From: the human T2T-CHM13v2.0 reference genome, Homo sapiens | Length of the DNA: 64,000 nt | Assembly (NCBI RefSeq): GCF_009914755.1 | Contig: NC_060934.1 | Direction: 5' to 3' (one strand) | Part shown: positions 13,300 to 25,760 of the stretch, one piece after another | How the letters are laid out: each line of letters opens with the position of its first letter | Numbering within the stretch: the first letter of the stretch is position 1 | Notes under the pieces: model-generated | Database searches by the model: none | What the model was told of the DNA's origin: nothing | What the model saw: the letters and a program-made list of their open reading frames with translations, nothing else | Translations under genes and position numbers: made by a program

Positions 13300-14720
13300 T
13301 GCCTCCTAATGGGGAACAAGGAACGAGGCGCATGAGAAGACGCCTACTTCTAAGGACCGGCATCAAAAAGGATCATACAGGCTCCTCATATTGGAGATGA
13401 AACCCCTGATTTAAACAGTGACTCAGGGCCTACGGCAAGTTGTTTTCCAACAGCTGTGGAGTCTCTTAGAAGGGCCCTACGTGGCCCTTGCCAGGTTCTG
13501 GTTTAAGTGGCACCTCTGCTGCGCTTCCTCGGCGGCGGGGGAGGTGGGGGCTGATCCAAAGCTGCAGAGAAACCGACTTCGGCGCTGAACAGGCGGAGAG
13601 TGAAACTTAAAGACGGAGGTCACAGGCTCCATGTGGAACACGGAATGATAATTAGCTCACAAGAATGCAAGGAGCACGAATCTTTCAATGTGGAAAAACT
13701 CCACACCTACCTTTTCCCCAGAAGTGCAGCCTGCCTGAGACTCTAAAGAGAAGCGAGGAATGCTTGAGAATAGACAGGCCTGCCCCAGCTCCCAGCCTCT
13801 CTGTAGGCCGCCCAGGTAGGCACCTTCGCTTTGGCAGCGAGAGAGGCCGGAGTGACCCAGAGGTGACATCACGGCCCTACCCGCTTCGGACATGGCTGAG
13901 AGCCGCCCTAGGGACAGGGGTCCAAGGTTCAGCGCCTCAGCAGCGTGGGAAAGCAGAGTGAGTGCTTCGCTAAACGAGAATCCATATTCTCGGTGCCATC
14001 CGGACAGTCGAGGGTGCCATTCCACAGGATTTTTGGTTCTTTTTTTTTTTTTTCGTCAAAAGCTTGCCTTTGTAACAAAGAAAATTCTTGTGATGATGTC
14101 AGCTTGTGAGCAGCGCTGCCCCACTGCTGTCCATGGTCCTGGGGCGGGATGGCCTCCCGTGGACACTGGGGACGCCTCCCCTCCTCTTGGAAAATGCGTG
14201 TTTCTCTCGCAGTATTGTTCTCAGCACCCGAACACAAGCTCTTCTCTGCAGATGAAAACTTATCATTTCATCCATGTGGAGGCTACTTTTACAGACTTTG
14301 CAGCTGCCCTACAAAAGGCTTGAATTTTCACAGCAAGAAAATGGATAATTTCATAAAGCTGAGGCTCCTGTTTCCAGGCTGCCTTGTAGATCTTCTAGGA
14401 GCAGGTGCACCGCTCTCCTCACCGCCCTGCTGGGAATGGCTGTTCAGGCCTCCTGGCGTCTTCAAATTGAACCCGAGAAGGATCAGAGCTGCAGCCGCGC
14501 AATCACAGTCTCGCCGTATGTAAGTCAGGACGTCCTCAGAGCGCTGCCTGCACCCTCTGGGTAGAAGTCGGCGGAAAGGGCTCTGTGGCTGTTCCCAGTG
14601 ACATGGGCACCAGGCAGACTGAGAGGAACAAACGGCACTGTCCCCAGGGGAGTTTGAAGCAAATCCAGCCACACCTTGAGGGAAGAGTGACTCACGTGCA
14701 AAATTTGTCTGCGAAACCCT
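13300..14720. promoter_or_regulatory. CpG-enriched, apparently repeat-free segment; candidate enhancer or promoter
   Basis: Visibly more CpG than the flanks; G-rich 'cggcggcgggggaggtggggg' (~13530); AP-1 TGACTCA at 13419 and 14688 (the latter overlapping CACGTG). Function not shown. Confidence 0.35.
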
Positions 14721-14889
14721 CTGTATCCCCATGTTTTTCCTTAAATATAATACAAAGGTTTGATTGATGAGTGGTTCCTTCCAATATCCCACTGATCATA
14801 GAAGGGAAGCAGGCAGAGAGAGAAGGAAGGCTGTCAAAATAGCGGCCAGTGTGGCCTGCCTGCTGTGACCGTTGTGCCAGGTGTGCCAT

Positions 14890-15753
14890 GGGAGCATCCC
14901 ACCCGCAGAGAGCATCTCACCTGCAGAGAGCATCTCACCAACAGACAGTAGCCCACCTGCAGGGAGTACCCCACCCTCAGGGAGAGCCCCACCCACAGGG
15001 AGTACCCCACCCACAGGGAGCACCCCACCCGCAGGGAGTAACCCACCCACAGGGTGCACCCCACCAGCAGATAGTACCCCACCCATAGGGAGCACCCCAC
15101 CCACAGGGAGTACCCCACTCACAGGGAGTACCCCACCCACAGGGAGCACCCCACCCGCAGAGAGCACCCCACCAGCAGAGAGTAGCCCACCTTCAGAGAG
15201 TAATCCACCTGCAGGAGCACCCCATCCACAGGGAGCACCCCTCCCACAGGGTGCACCCCACCCACAGGGAGCACCCCTCCCACAGGGTGCACCCCACCCA
15301 CAGGTAGTACCCCACCCACAGGGAGTAACCCACTCGCACGGAGCACCCCACCCACAGGAAGCGCCCCACCCACAGGGAGCACCCCACCCACAGGAAGCGC
15401 CCCACCCACAGGGAGTACCCCACCCGCAGAGAGCACCCCACCAGCAGAGAGTAGCCCACCTGCAGAGAGAAATCCACCTGCAGGAACACCCCACCCACAG
15501 AAAGCACCCCACCCGCAGGTAGTACCCCACCCGCAGGGAGTAACCCACCTTCAGGGAGCACCCCACCCGCAGGGAGCACCCCACCTGCAGAGAGCACCCC
15601 ACCAGCAGAGAGTAGCCCACCTGCAGAGAGTAATCCATCTGCAGGAGCACCCCACCCACAGGGAGCACCCCACCCACAGGGAGTACCCCACCCACAGAGA
15701 GCACCCCACCCACAGGGAGTACCCTACCTGCAGGGATCATCCCACCTGCAGGG
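14890..15753. repeat. 18-bp GC-rich VNTR, ~48 variant units, with higher-order blocks
   Basis: Consensus near cagggagcaccccaccca; explains the repetitive ORFs at 14796-15740 on both strands. Confidence 0.97.
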
Positions 15754-16244
15754 TGCTGGGCACGTCACATGCCTGGCCACCTTTGGGATGCAGGACAAGA
15801 CTCATCCCCTGGCCCATGCCTGGCCCATGGTGGTCTGACTCCTCCTGACCCCACACACAGAATCTTCCTAATTACACCTTCCACTCCCACCTCCAGGACA
15901 GCCCAGTCCCACTCCCAACCCCCCAGCCTCTTTGTTGCTGTTTCCTCTGCTCAATGGCCATTCCGCCTGATCCTGAGGGTGCCCCTGTGTCCACCGTCCA
16001 TCTGCAAGATCCTGCATGGCATCTTAGCTCCTCAGGTCCGTCGCCTCAGGGCTTCTTGGACATGGACCCTGAGGCACGGTGCATGTATGTGGTTCATTAG
16101 AGAAAGGACCCTTAGAACAACTGGGGGAGTGGGGAGTGAGACCAGTCAGGCCAGGGGCCACTACAGCCTGGACTGGGGAGCTGTGGCCACTGCAAGCAGG
16201 TAGGGCAGGCCTGCCGGGCCTCTGAGAGATGCTAGATTCCTGAT

Positions 16245-16461
16245 CAGGGCTTGAGATACTTTTCTTCTTATGGCCACGTGGTTACCAGTTGATTCTCACA
16301 GCCTGCCAGGCCTCAGGGGCAATTGCCCAATTCTCTTGTAGTGTGAAAGCAGCTATAAACAGTACCCAATGAACATACAGGACTGTGTTCCAATAAAATT
16401 TTATTTAGAAAAACCGGAGATGAGCCTGACTGGGCCCCACAGGCCTCAGTTTCCTGCCCCT
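16245..16461 (-). mobile_element. MER58A hAT DNA transposon
   Basis: 'gtagtgtgaaagcagctataaac...ctgtgttccaataaaattttatttagaaaaac...tgggccccacaggcctcagtttcctgcccct'. Confidence 0.75.
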
Positions 16462-16922
16462 CAACGTGGAATATGCCTCAGAGATTCAGAGATTTCCACC
16501 AAGGGGCAAGGCAGCCGCGGGCTCAACCCCACTCCTACCTGGCCTGTGCCTGCGCCTCTCCATCAGCTCCTGCATGCCCCTGCCCAGCCACAGTTCTCCT
16601 ATGCATGGGCCCATTTAACGCAGGTCGTCTCACACCAATGCCTACTCAGGGACTCAGGGACTTGTGAGGCAGATAGGATGTGGGATGAACAAGTGAAAAT
16701 CTACTTAACAAAGGAGCAAAGAAGGTGGTCTCACTGTGTCACTTCTCTAAAACAGCTGCAGAAGCTGACCCTAAGAAAGTCCAGTGGCAATGAACTCAGC
16801 CAAGAGCAGTGTGGCCTGGAGATGGGGTCTGGGCACAGGGAAGGGGAAGCCCCTAGCAGACAGGGGACCAGCCTCACTTGGAGAAGCAGCTTGCCTGCTG
16901 GGCTCTGTCCCAAGCACATCTA

Positions 16923-17717
<795 letters not shown>

Positions 17718-18719
17718 TCACCAGCTTCTAGGTTTCTATTGCAGGAGGGCATCTCAACCCAGAGAGGAGGCCCCCACGCTGTGCAGAGAGCAGTTGTTGT
17801 GTGTGGATCCACTCCAGAGCTGTGCTGGAGGCACCAGTGGCCATCACTGCTCACTGTCCATGTATCATGCCATGTCAGTTGGAAACATTTCCCACTAAGG
17901 GAGACTCATCCTTCAGCCCAGAGACAATAAGTGTTTTTCTACTTTCATCTCACTTTTCTTTTTTGGGCTCACCGATAACCTATGCAAATCATTTGCAACT
18001 GTTTTTTGTTTGTTTGTTTTTAGGTGTTTGTAAGTCTATCCCTGCAGGAGGTTGGAGAAAGAATTACACTAGAAAACTCTAGCTATACGCTTGAAAATAA
18101 CCTTTTGATCCTGAAATGCAGTTAAAGAACCAGAGTGGAGTGACCCCACTGATGCTGTATCTTGGAGGGGGAAAAATGAAGCCTCAATGCCCATCTCCAT
18201 CCCATCGGTAAGTGGCACAGAGCTATTTCTGAGATGAAGGACGGTAGTAAGTCATGCGGCTGACATCTGTAAATACTGCTGAGAGTACTTTTCTGAATTG
18301 TGTATTTCCAGATGGGCACGAGGAAATTCAATTCCCCCACAGGTCAGTCCTGGGCACTCCTGCAGCGCAGACACTCTGTGGCACTTGGTGACCAACGTCT
18401 TTCATTTCCTGTGCCCACGCGGGGAGCACAATCCATCTTTGGGTTCCTCGGCAGAAAGACTAACAAGATCTCCTCTTCCTGTATTCACAATGATTGCTGC
18501 TCACATTGGGAAATAGAGACGAGGCGGCGGTGCTTGCTGTCTCTCTCTCTTGATGTTTGCTTTCTTAGTGCACTTGAGCGTCTTCCATATCTGTATTGCT
18601 GCCTCTTCAGGGCTCTGAGGACTTGAGGGCAAGGACTGGCCATTCCTCCGATAATTTTAGTATCTAGAATGCGCTGCACATTCGTTTCATTGAACGGATG
18701 TTCATGGAGTGTCTAAGAC

Positions 18720-18800
18720 TGTGTTGATTCATTCACCAAGTGTTTATTATCACCTACAATGTGTCAGGCACTGCTTAAGCCTCTAGGGTTGTAGCTTGGT
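18720..18800 (-). mobile_element. L2 3' end fragment
   Basis: 'attcattcaccaagtgtttattatcacctacaatgtgtcaggcactg'. Confidence 0.6.
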
Positions 18801-18816
18801 ATAAAAAGCACATCCT

Positions 18817-19115
18817 GGCCGGGTGAGGTGGCTCACATCTGGAGTCCCAGCAATTTAGGAGACCAAGGCAGGTGGATCACCTGAGGTCAGGAGTTTGAGA
18901 CCAGTCTGACCAACATGGTGAAACTCCATCTCTAATAAAAATACAAACATTAGCTGGGCGTGGTGGTGGATGCCTGTAATCTCAGCTACTCTGGAGGTTG
19001 AGGCAGGAGAATCACTTGAACCTGGGAGGCAGAGGCTGCAGTAAGCCAAGATTGTGCCACTACACTATAGCCTGGGTGGAAAGAACAAAACTCCATAAAA
19101 AAAAAAAAAAAAAAA
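18817..19115 (+). mobile_element. AluS (Sx/Sq-like) element
   Basis: Full dimer with poly(A); TSD aaaaagcacatcct / aaaaagcatgtcct. Confidence 0.95.
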
Positions 19116-19657
19116 GCATGTCCTTACTCTTTCTTGAACATTCCATGAACATCCCCCCCTCCTCAGGGCCTTTGCACACTTCTCCCCAGAGGCAGCAGTG
19201 ACCACTGCTTCACTTTCGTCTTGTCTGCTCATAGTGACAGTGAGGAAGCCTCCCCTGTCTGGAATTTCTAACATGCCTATCTTGCTCTCCTTTCCTCCAT
19301 AGGAGGCATCCTTGAAGAAGCACTAAAGGTCTAGATGTAGGCTAAAAATGGGTGAGAGCCTTAACAAGACAGGACTGCAGGTCTGGGCCTGCTCCCGGAT
19401 GGATGGTAATGCCTTCTTTCTGATTGGGCATTGAGTTATTTGATTCACATGCATGGCCTGGTTCTCATTGTGGCCTAGAAAAGTTTGTAGATTCTGCTGG
19501 GGGCTCAGAATCACAAAAGCGGAGGTAGATTTGTGCCTGTTTAACACACCTGTGTGTATCTCCTCACGACTCCTGTCTCCAACCTAGGATTTTGATTGTA
19601 GGGTTGAGGATAGTAGGCAGAGTAGAATCCCCCAATCCACCCTTTCTTGCCACATCT

Positions 19658-20142
19658 TTGTTAGCTTCTTATAGCTGCTGTCACAAATTACCACAAGTGT
19701 AGTGACTTAAAACAACACAAATGTGTTATCTTCCTGTTCTGGACAGCAGGTGTCCAGCGTGGGTCTCACTGGGCTAACATCAAGGTATCATCAGGGCTGT
19801 AATTGGAGGCTCTGGAGGGGAATTCGCTTCTCTGCCTTTTCTAGTTTCTAGAGGCTGTCTGCATTCCTTGCCCCAAGGTCTCTTCTGTCATCAAAGTCAG
19901 TGACATTAGGCACACTCTTTCTTCTGAAGCCATTTGTCTGGTTCTTTGGGCTGGGAAAAGTTCTTAGTTTGGAAGGATCTTTGTGATTCCTTAGGGCTCA
20001 TCTGAATTATCCAGGGTCATCTCCCCATCTCAAGATTTTTAATCTCAAGCACATTTGCAAAGTCCCCTTTGCCATATGAGGTGGCATTCACAGGCTTTGA
20101 TAATTAGGACATGGGCACCACAGGGGGACATGTTCTGCCCAC
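19658..20142 (-). mobile_element. MaLR LTR MLT1C/D
   Basis: 'gctgctgtcacaaattaccacaagtgtagtgacttaaaacaacacaaatg...catttgcaaagtcccctttgccatatgagg...attaggacat...ttctgcccacc'. Confidence 0.85.
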
Positions 20143-20404
20143 CCTACCATCCCCTCCTCCCCACTCTACCATCCCCTCCTCCCTACCATCCCCTCCTCCC
20201 CACCCTACCATCCCCTCCCCCCCACCCTACCATCGCCTCCTCCCCACGCTACCATCCCCTCTTTCCCACCCTACCATCCCTTCTTCCCCACCCTACCATC
20301 CCCTCCTCCCCACCCTACCATCGCCTCCTCCCCACCCTACCATCCCCTCCCCCCGACCCTACCATCGCCTCTTCCCCAAACTACCATCCCCTCCTCCCCA
20401 CCCT
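20138..20404. repeat. 22-bp C-rich minisatellite, ~12 units
   Basis: Unit accctaccatcccctcctcccc with variants; abuts the MLT1 terminus. Confidence 0.95.
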
Positions 20405-20630
20405 CAGAGTGGGAGACACTCTCCCTTTCCTGTGTGCCAGGATGTGCCCTGTGTTCCTGACCTCCCCATTCTGTGATGTTCTACAGAAACTCCTTGACGA
20501 CTTTCTCTATGCCCAGTTCTTTATACATCAGATCATCCTAGTTCTGGGTAACTTAGCCCTAGAAAGTCCTATGAAACATTTTTTTCTCTCTTTCAATAAA
20601 GCTTGACTTTAAAAAATCAAAAGTGTTTGC

Positions 20631-21349
20631 CCACAATGCAATACTATCTCATTCCTGCAAGAATGGCCATAATCAAAAAATCAAAAAATATTAGATGATG
20701 GTGCGGATATGGTGAAAAGGGAACACTTTTACACTGCTGGTGAGAGTGTAAACTAGCACAAGTGCTGTGGAAAATGGTGGGAGATTCCTTAAAGAGGTAA
20801 AAGCAGATCTACAATTCGATCCAGCAATCCCCCTAGGTATCCACCTAGAGGAAAAGAAGTCACTACACAAAAAAAGGTACTTGTACACACATGTTCACAG
20901 CAGCACAATTTGCAATTGCAAAAATGTAGACCAGCCCAAATGCCCATCAATCAATGACTGGATAAAGAAAATGTGGAATATATATACCATGGAATACTAC
21001 TCAGCCATAAAAAGGAACAAAATAATGGCATTTGCAGCAACTTGGATGGAATTGGAGACCATTATTCTAAGTGAAGTAACTCAGGAATGGAAAACCAAAC
21101 ATTGTATGTTCTCGCTCATGTGGGAGCTAAGCTGTGAAGAAGCAAAGGCATAAGAAGGAAACATTTGATTTTGGGGACTCACGGGAAAGGGTGGGGAGTG
21201 GTGAGGGATAAAAGATTGCACATTGGGTACGGTTACACTGCTCAGGTTATGAGTGCACCAAAACCTCAGAAATCACCACTAAAGAACTATTCATGTAACC
21301 AAACACCACCTGTTCCCCCAAAAACTACTGAAACAAAAAAATAAATTTT
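20631..21349 (+). mobile_element. 5'-truncated L1PB (L1PB1-like) 3' end
   Basis: ORF2 C-terminal remnant (ORF 20767..21153 '...DPAIPLG...KCPSINDWIKKMWNIYTMEYYSAIK'), then 3' UTR. TSD aaaaaatcaaaagtgtttgc (20611-20630) / aaaaaatcaaaaatatttgc (21350-21369). Confidence 0.9.
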
Positions 21350-21377
21350 AAAAAATCAAAAATATTTGCTTCCATTC

Positions 21378-22245
21378 TTTAACAAATAATGCGTCAAAGA
21401 AGTCAAAAGGGAAATTTAAAAATATTGAGACAACCAGAAATGGAAACACAACATTCCAAAACTCATGAAATGCAGCAAAAGTAGTTATAAGATGGAAGTT
21501 CATAACAAAAACAACACCTATATTAAAAAAATCTCAAATGAGCAACCCAATATTACACCTCAAGGGACTCGAGACAGAACAAACTAAACCCAAAGTTAGT
21601 AGAGAAAAAGAGAAATAATAAAGATCAGAGCAGAAAAAATAAAACAGACACTAGAACATAATAGAAAAGATCAACAAAATGAGGAGTTGGTGTTTTGAAA
21701 AGATAAATAAAATTGACAAACCTTTAGCTAGACTTACTAAGAAAAAAGAAACAAAAGTCAAATAAATAAAATCAGAATTGAAAGGAGACATTACAACTGA
21801 TACCACAGAAATATAAACAATCACAAGAAACTATTAAGAACAAGTAAACACCAACAAATTGGATAACATAGAGGAAATGGCCGAATTCCTAGAAACATAC
21901 AAGTCACCAAGACTGAATTACAAAGAAATAAAAGTTCTGAACAGATCAATAACAGGTATGGAGGTTAAATCAATAATCAACAACTTCCCAACACACACAA
22001 ATAAAACCCAAGACAGGGTAGCTTCATGGCTGAATTCTACTAAACATTTAAAAGACAGTTAATGTCAATTCTCAAATGCTTCAAAATATTGAAGAGGGAG
22101 AAATATTTCCAAGCTCTTCTATGAGGTCATCATCACCCTGATACCAATGCCAGACAAGGACACTCAGAAACAGAGAAAACTACAGGCCAATATCCCTGAT
22201 AAACATAGATACAAAAATCTTCATGAAAATACTAGCAAGCCAAAT
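21378..22245 (+). mobile_element. L1 ORF2 internal fragment (older L1M/L1PB)
   Basis: ORF 21859..22062 'MDNIEEMAEFLETYKSPRLNYKEI'; 'gaaaactacaggccaatatccctgataaacatagat'. Confidence 0.85.
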
Positions 22246-22568
22246 AAGAAATGCTCTTTGACAACCTGCATCTATTTCGTCATTGATTGTGGCCATGTTC
22301 CCCAGAAACAATGAATGCATTTGCTATGGGTAATCTAGGAATATTAGGGAGTTACTGGCAATAAAGATACATTAGTTGAATGTATAAAAAATAGTCTCCA
22401 TTTGTGTTAGTGGGAACTTATCTGTAGTTGAATATGCATATCTAGTTCCTCTTGTTTTTTTCTTTAATTAGTATTGTTTGCTGTCTAGAAAGGTTTCTAG
22501 TTCAAGACTTGGTGGTTTGTCACTATCGTTCTTGCAAATGAGGAGCACTATGCCAAGCGCAGGTCCAA

Positions 22569-22811
22569 GCTGAATTGCCTCTTCAGAGGGTCTGTAGAGC
22601 TCCTAGATGGAACCAGTCCCAGACTGGGATTCAAGTTGACTTTTAACTGGATGCACGAGGGACTTTGCAGGCAGATGGGGGTCTGAACAGAAGTCCAACC
22701 TTCCTGTTCTGTCCGGCATCCCTCTATAGGGTTCTACGTGAACAAGAGCATGGTGGGTTCAGAAAGAAGCATCCTGGAGACAGTGTGTGAGTGGGAGGCA
22801 GGCTCACACCT
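22569..22811 (+). repeat. Copy 1 of ~250-bp spaced direct duplication (copy 2 at 23776-24030)
   Basis: Shared blocks 'gctgaattgcctc..cagagggtc.gtagagct', 'tgacttttaact', 'gagggactttgcagg', 'tctatagggttcta.gtgaacaagagcatgg', 'ggctcacacct'. Confidence 0.9.
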
Positions 22812-23775
22812 GCACCATCTGCCCTTCACCCTGCTGCAGGGTGAGGCACAGAGGAAGCAGGACATAAGGAGGCAGAAGACAAGGGGTCTGTGGACTCCCC
22901 AAGCCCACTAGACTGGCTGCCTCTGCAGGGAAGCAGCGGGCCCTGCTGGGGCTCCTGCCTTGCGCAGGTATGCTAGGTGCCCCCACGCCTCCCTCCCTTA
23001 ATTCTCACCATCACCCCAGAGGCAGCTTTAGGGGGGGCTCGCCCAGTGTGCTGAAGATGGTCCCTGGGGGAGTGGAACCTCACAGTCCTTTCCTCTGACC
23101 CGGGCCTTGTGAACCCTTCCCCATTCAATTCCGAGAATCAGGACGCACTGCGCTCCTTTGACAACCCTGGGGGCATCTGTACCAAGTGACACAACTAGCT
23201 CAGGAATCCCAGGCTGGAGAAGGAGGTTTGATCCCAGTGCTGGCTCCAAGACCAGGGACACCTGCCACCAGGGCCTCGCGGGGCTGTAGAGAGGCTGCTC
23301 AGCAGGATGCCTGCTCACTCTGTTCTTCTGATTATTGTAAAACCACCTTTAAAACCATGATTCCCAATGGGTTGGACGCATTAGCAAGTCTGGATTCATT
23401 TTTGGACAAGGAAACAATTCCACTATTTCCTGTAACACAAACTAACGTATTCTATGACATTCCTTAGATCGGACGTCTAAATTGGAAAATACACTTTAAA
23501 AACCCTTTAACAGGTTGCATTAATTTCCAAACTAATGTTATATGTTGTATTAATTTCCAAAGCAAATCAAATATGAAGTTCTTCTAATTATGTCATACCT
23601 CTTACAGGAAAATTAGGCTTTTCATTGACAATCAACACTCCATTGTTTATTTTTCAAAACAAAATGCTGATCTTCTTACAGAAATAGTTCAGGAAGGGAC
23701 CTCAATCATTGCCAAAGCCATTGATGTGGGATCCCCAAGTTCTCTGGGGTGCATGTGAATGTGCACCGGCTAAGT

Positions 23776-24030
23776 GCTGAATTGCCTCTGCAGAGGGTCA
23801 GTAGAGCTTCTACAGACAGGATGGAGCCAGTCCCGGCCTGGGATTCATGATGACTTTTAACTTGACGGGAGGCAAGAGGGACTTTGCAGGTGTGTTGGAG
23901 TCTGAACAGAGGTCCAACCTTGCTCCCTTGCCCTAAATCCTTCTATAGGGTTCTAAGTGAACAAGAGCATGGCTGGTCCAGAAATAGGGATCCTGGAGAC
24001 AGCGTGTGAGCGGGAGGTGGGCTCACACCT
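23776..24030 (+). repeat. Copy 2 of ~250-bp spaced direct duplication
   Basis: Collinear with 22569-22811 with a few small indels. Confidence 0.9.
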
Positions 24031-25490
24031 AGCTGCACAGCTGGGATTAGCACATTCTCCGAGTTGAATGCTGGCTCCAGGAGATGCTGCAGCTCTTCTG
24101 ATGATTTGCTGATGCTCTCTTGCTTGGGAGTTTGTCTGTTTCCATTCCTCAAGCCAGCAGCGCTTCTTTTCATAAATTAGATCAAAGCATCTTTCAGAAT
24201 GCACTGAAGACTGGCGCGGAGCTGACAGGCCTCTTTGGAATTTCTTGACTTATTTTCCTAAGATGCAAAGCTGTGAATCACCCCAGGACTTGTGTGCGGG
24301 GAAGTGTCCCCTGGGAGGGTCTCCCATGGATCACTCTCATCATGACTTGCAATTTATAGATTTCCAAGTAGATGGTTATTTTAAGCAGATTATCTTCTGC
24401 AGAGATGCTTAGACTTATGACATAGAACTCAGTCAGCAGGACTCAGACTTGATTTAGTTGGCTATTTCGGATACACAGAGAGTTTCTATGAAAATATTTC
24501 TTTGTTTTTAATTTTTACAAAGGAAACTCACAAGTCAGAAAGTATAGGCAGTGTTTCAATAGTGGGAAGCAGCATGATTAGAGGTAGCCTCACCTTGCTT
24601 GCTTCTAAGGATGGGGATAGCCATATTTCGCTGGTCACCTTCTGTGGTCGCTGGTACCCAAGGCATTTGCATATGGATTTATAACCTTCATGACGAACTT
24701 GATGTTCATTAGCTCTATTTTACAAGCAAGGTTAGAGTGAAGTGAAAAAAGGGCAAAAAAGGGACTCCAGCCTGGTTTTCAGGTGTTAAATATTCACTTA
24801 CTAATTGCACTGATCAGGTCACAAAGAAAGAACCCATTGGTGCTCAGAAGGTGAGCAAGTGACATCTTTTAAAACAAAGGAAGACATTCTTATCATTAAA
24901 CAGTTGGCAATATGGTGGCATTTGCAGACAGCTGGGTAACATTTTAATGGGTCTATTTCAGCCTTGTAAAATGTTAGAGCAGAGAGGACCTTAGAGGTCT
25001 CTAGTCCAAGCACCTCAGTCTAGAGACAGGACACCAAGCCTCAGAGAGGCCAGCTGAGCAGCTCAATGTCACAGAGCAAGACAGCAGCAGAGTTCAGCTG
25101 GGCCCTCATCCTGCCTCCTCCAGGCCCCGTGATGAGTCTCCACGATGTCCTGTTTCCATGGAAAAGCCTCTAGGTTCACAGGGTTGGCATCCTTCGGCCA
25201 CAAGTGTGTCAGTCACGTGGAGCCCTTTCTGCAGCTGAACTCACTTCTGATTCACGTGGCTGTCTCTCCTAGATGACAGCCACACCTCCCAGGACGGTAT
25301 GGCCATATCTCACCCCCTGCTGCACCTGTCTCCATCCCTGGTGACACAGGGCTGGCTCTGCCCTCTTCTTCCCAGGGGAGGCTCCACTGTCCCATTTTCT
25401 GAGGGTGTGGCAGGGACCTGGAGCAGGAAGCCAATGCCACAGCCCATGCCTTGAGCTTGCCATGATGGGAAAGACAGAAGCAGCACCTTG

Positions 25491-25760
25491 AGACATTCCA
25501 GAGGGAGGATGGACACAAGCGGGGTGGGGCTCTGAGTTTTTCTTTAGACATCCCAGAGGAAGATGGACCCCAGGCGGGGAGGCTCCGAGTCTCCCTTTAG
25601 ACATCCCAGAGGGAGGATGAACACAAGGAGGGTGGGGCTCTGAGTCTCCCTTTAGATACCCCAGAGGGAGGATGGACCCAAGGGGGGTGGGGCTCTGAGT
25701 TTCCTTTACACATCCCAGAGGCAGATGGACCCAAGATGGGTGGGGCTCTGAGTCTCTCTT
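25491..25760. repeat. ~55-bp minisatellite, 5 diverged copies
   Basis: Unit near agacatcccagagggaggatggacccaagggggtggggctctgagtctcccttt; starts at 25491, 25546, 25599, 25654, 25708. Confidence 0.93.

Noticed and set aside
14796-15740. Long repetitive ORFs (314 aa, 216 aa and others) resembling mucin or elastin-like proteins
   Set aside because: They result from an 18-bp (multiple of 3) VNTR being open in several frames on both strands; no splice or gene context.
20055-20606. 183-aa proline-rich, extensin-like ORF
   Set aside because: Translation of an MLT1 end plus the 22-bp C-rich minisatellite.
20767-21153. 128-aa ORF with clear protein similarity
   Set aside because: It is the frameshifted C-terminus of L1 ORF2p in a truncated L1PB copy, not a host gene.
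23514-23561. 18-bp direct repeat gttg(c/t)attaatttccaaa at 30-bp spacing
   Set aside because: Only two short AT-rich copies; most likely a trivial local duplication.
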